Of a stretch of DNA of 32,000 nucleotides, positions 30,038 to 32,000 are shown in pieces. The stretch comes from Rhodobacter capsulatus SB 1003 (GTDB lineage Bacteria; Pseudomonadota; Alphaproteobacteria; Rhodobacterales; Rhodobacteraceae): contig NC_014034.1 in NCBI RefSeq assembly GCF_000021865.1, positions 3,540,001-3,572,000 of the forward strand. The letters run 5' to 3'. The notes beneath the pieces were generated by a model. The model did no database searches, was not told the DNA's origin, and saw only the letters and a program-made list of their open reading frames with translations. The position numbers and the translations under genes are program-made. The first letter of the stretch is position 1. Each line of letters opens with the position of its first letter.

Positions 30038-31218
30038 CGCAGGCGATCCTCACGCTGAATGCCGGCTCCTCCTCGCTCAAGCTCGCGCTTTATCCGCTGA
30101 CCGGCGACCGGCCGATGGCCACGGGTCTGGTCGATGCGATCGGCCCCGCGGCGGTCTTTCGCCTCAAGGGGCCGTTCGGGCAGGAGATCCCCACCGTCGC
30201 GGGCGATCTTTCGACGCATGCAGCCGCGCTGCAAACCGTCGTCGCCAGCCTGCGCGGCACGCATCCCGATCTGACGCTGCTGTGCATCGGCCACCGCGTC
30301 CTGCATGGCGGCGATCATTTCAGCGCCCCGGTCACGGTGACGGAAGACATCCTGGCGCTGCTCGACCCCCTTGCCGCTTTCGCGCCGCTGCACCAGCCGC
30401 ACAATCTGGCGGGCATCCGCGCCGCGATGGCGGCCTTTCCGGGGGTGCCGCAGGTCGCCTGTTTCGACACCGCCTTTCACCGCCATCACCCCTGGGTCAA
30501 CGATGCCTTTGCCCTGCCGCGCGCCTTCTATGATCAGGGCGTGCGGCGCTACGGCTTTCACGGGCTGAGCTACGATCATGTCGCCACGCGCCTGCGCGAG
30601 ATCGCGCCGCAGCTGGCCGAAGGCCGGGTGGTGGTGGCGCATCTGGGCAATGGCGCCTCGATGTGCGCGCTGCAAGACGGCCGGTCGATCGCTTCGACGA
30701 TGGGGTTCACGGCGCTCGACGGGCTGCCGATGGGCACGCGCTCGGGCCAGATCGATCCGGGGGTTCTGCTTTACCTGATGCAGCACCGCGGCATGAGCGG
30801 CGACGAGATTTCCGACCTGCTCTATCGCCGCTCGGGGCTTTTGGGGATTTCCGGCCTTTCAAGCGACATGCGGGCGCTCGAGGCCGCGAACACGCCCGAA
30901 GCGCGGCAGGCGATCGACTATTTCGTCTTCAGCGCCCAGCGCGAGCTGGGGGCGATGGCGGCAGCGCTGGGCGGGATCGACGCGCTCGTCTTTTGCGGCG
31001 GCATCGGCGAAAACTCGCGGCTGATCCGCGAGCGGATCTGCGAAAGGCTGGGCTGGATGGGGATCGAGATCGACCACCTCCGCAACAGCGCAAACGCGAC
31101 GGTGATTTCCTCGGATTTCGCCCGCACCAGCGTGATGATCATTCCGACGAACGAAGAGCTGGTGATCGCCCGCGCCGCCCGCGCAGCGCTGGGCATCGGC
31201 GAAAGGAGCGTGGCATGA
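30034..31218 (+). CDS. ackA: acetate (short-chain acyl) kinase
   Basis: [25 protein letters not shown] and GFHGLSY. ATGA overlap with the DUF3141 gene. The 647-aa track ORF start is rejected. Confidence 0.88.
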   Translation: MTQAILTLNAGSSSLKLALYPLTGDRPMATGLVDAIGPAAVFRLKGPFGQEIPTVAGDLSTHAAALQTVVASLRGTHPDLTLLCIGHRVLHGGDHFSAPVTVTEDILALLDPLAAFAPLHQPHNLAGIRAAMAAFPGVPQVACFDTAFHRHHPWVNDAFALPRAFYDQGVRRYGFHGLSYDHVATRLREIAPQLAEGRVVVAHLGNGASMCALQDGRSIASTMGFTALDGLPMGTRSGQIDPGVLLYLMQHRGMSGDEISDLLYRRSGLLGISGLSSDMRALEAANTPEARQAIDYFVFSAQRELGAMAAALGGIDALVFCGGIGENSRLIRERICERLGWMGIEIDHLRNSANATVISSDFARTSVMIIPTNEELVIARAARAALGIGERSVA

Positions 31219-31506
31219 AGGGCGCGCTGACACCCGAGACGGTGGCAGAGCGCCCCCCAGCTTCTGCCGCGTTTCCTCGACCGCCACGACGACGCGGCTC
31301 ATCCTCTCGGGATCGATCCGGGTGATGCAACCGATGCGGAAACTCTCGATCATCGCCAGCTTGCGCGGATAGATCAGGACGCCGCGCGCCGTCATCGCCG
31401 CATAAAAGCGTGCGACATCAAAGGCCGTATCGGCGGGCGACGGGAAGGTGACGATGATCGGCGGCATCCGGGCCTCGGGCAGAAGCGTCTCGACGGGGGA
31501 TGTCCT
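31219..31506 (-). pseudogene. phnW: 3' remnant of 2-aminoethylphosphonate:pyruvate aminotransferase
   Basis: 31255-31494 translates to VETLLPEARMPPIIVTFPSPADTAFDVARFYAAMTARGVLIYPRKLAMIESFRIGCITRIDPERM..., roughly the last 80 aa of PhnW. The N-terminal ~300 aa are absent and no natural stop is present. Confidence 0.6.
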
Positions 31507-32000
31507 TCATGCGCTCTCTCGGGTTTCGAAAGTCTGGATCAGCGAGGGCAGATCGGCCACGGTATCAATGACATGCATGGCACCCGCGGATTTCAGCGCC
31601 GCCCTTGCGCGGCGGCGGATCTCGTTGCGCCGCGCCTCGGGCAGGGCCGCCATCTCCTGCGCCGTCAGCCCGGCATAGTTGCCCGACAGCGTCACCGCCA
31701 CGGTGATGCAGCCCGCGGCCACCCCTTCGGCGATGCCGGGTTCGGTGTCGTCCACTTTGATCACCGCACGCGGCGGATGCACCGCCAGATCGGTGAAGCA
31801 CTTGTACATCATCAGCGGCCCCGGCCGCCCCTCGGGCAGGTCATCGGCGCTGACCAGCGTGTCGGGCACATAGCCCTGCGCCGCGGCCACCGGGCTGACC
31901 TCGGCCATGATCGCGCGGGTATAGCCGGTGGTGGAGCCGATCCTGATGCCGCGGCCGCGCAGCCACGCCACCGTCTCCAGCGCCCCGGGCACCAGCGTCG
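31507..32000 (-). CDS. phnX: phosphonoacetaldehyde hydrolase (HAD family), 5' end beyond the window
   Basis: The reading frame is open to the window edge. IRIGSTTGYTR, MMYKCF and VKVDDTEPGIAEG are typical of PhnX. Confidence 0.8.
   Translation of the reverse strand, partial: TLVPGALETVAWLRGRGIRIGSTTGYTRAIMAEVSPVAAAQGYVPDTLVSADDLPEGRPGPLMMYKCFTDLAVHPPRAVIKVDDTEPGIAEGVAAGCITVAVTLSGNYAGLTAQEMAALPEARRNEIRRRARAALKSAGAMHVIDTVADLPSLIQTFETRESA

Noticed and set aside
30859-31254. Continuation of the 202-aa minus-strand ORF antisense into ackA
   Set aside because: Only the first ~70 residues resemble PhnW. The rest is shadow-frame sequence overlapping ackA by 360 nt. I treat it as a pseudogene remnant lacking its stop.

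Overview
High-GC (about 67%) alphaproteobacterial chromosome, Rhodobacter/Rhodobacterales-like in gene content and codon bias. Genes are densely packed and many are joined by ATGA/GTGA start-stop overlaps. I saw no tRNA, rRNA, CRISPR array, IS element or prophage. Left to right: (1) methylcitrate-cycle genes (prpD tail, prpC, prpB). (2) On the minus strand, a Rieske oxygenase and its FNR/2Fe-2S reductase, preceded by a cobalamin riboswitch. (3) A two-piece B12-dependent methionine synthase, with a 24-bp palindrome in its promoter region. (4) A riboswitch-controlled DUF1636-cobQ-cobQ operon with two tandem cobyric acid synthase paralogs. (5) A divergent riboswitch-controlled DUF4198-like gene. 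(6) A further riboswitch in front of btuB-btuFCD-cbiZ for corrinoid uptake and remodelling. (7) A bioBFDAGC operon followed by a GntR regulator (probable BioR). (8) A LysR gene with no usable start codon. (9) A fabI-DUF3141(PhaC-like)-ackA operon with no pta. (10) An internally deleted phnW remnant next to phnX. The main point is four cobalamin riboswitches within about 9.5 kb. One of them controls a Rieske oxygenase system, which is not a known B12 regulon member. All calls rest on reading translated ORFs and RNA motifs by eye; no searches were run.
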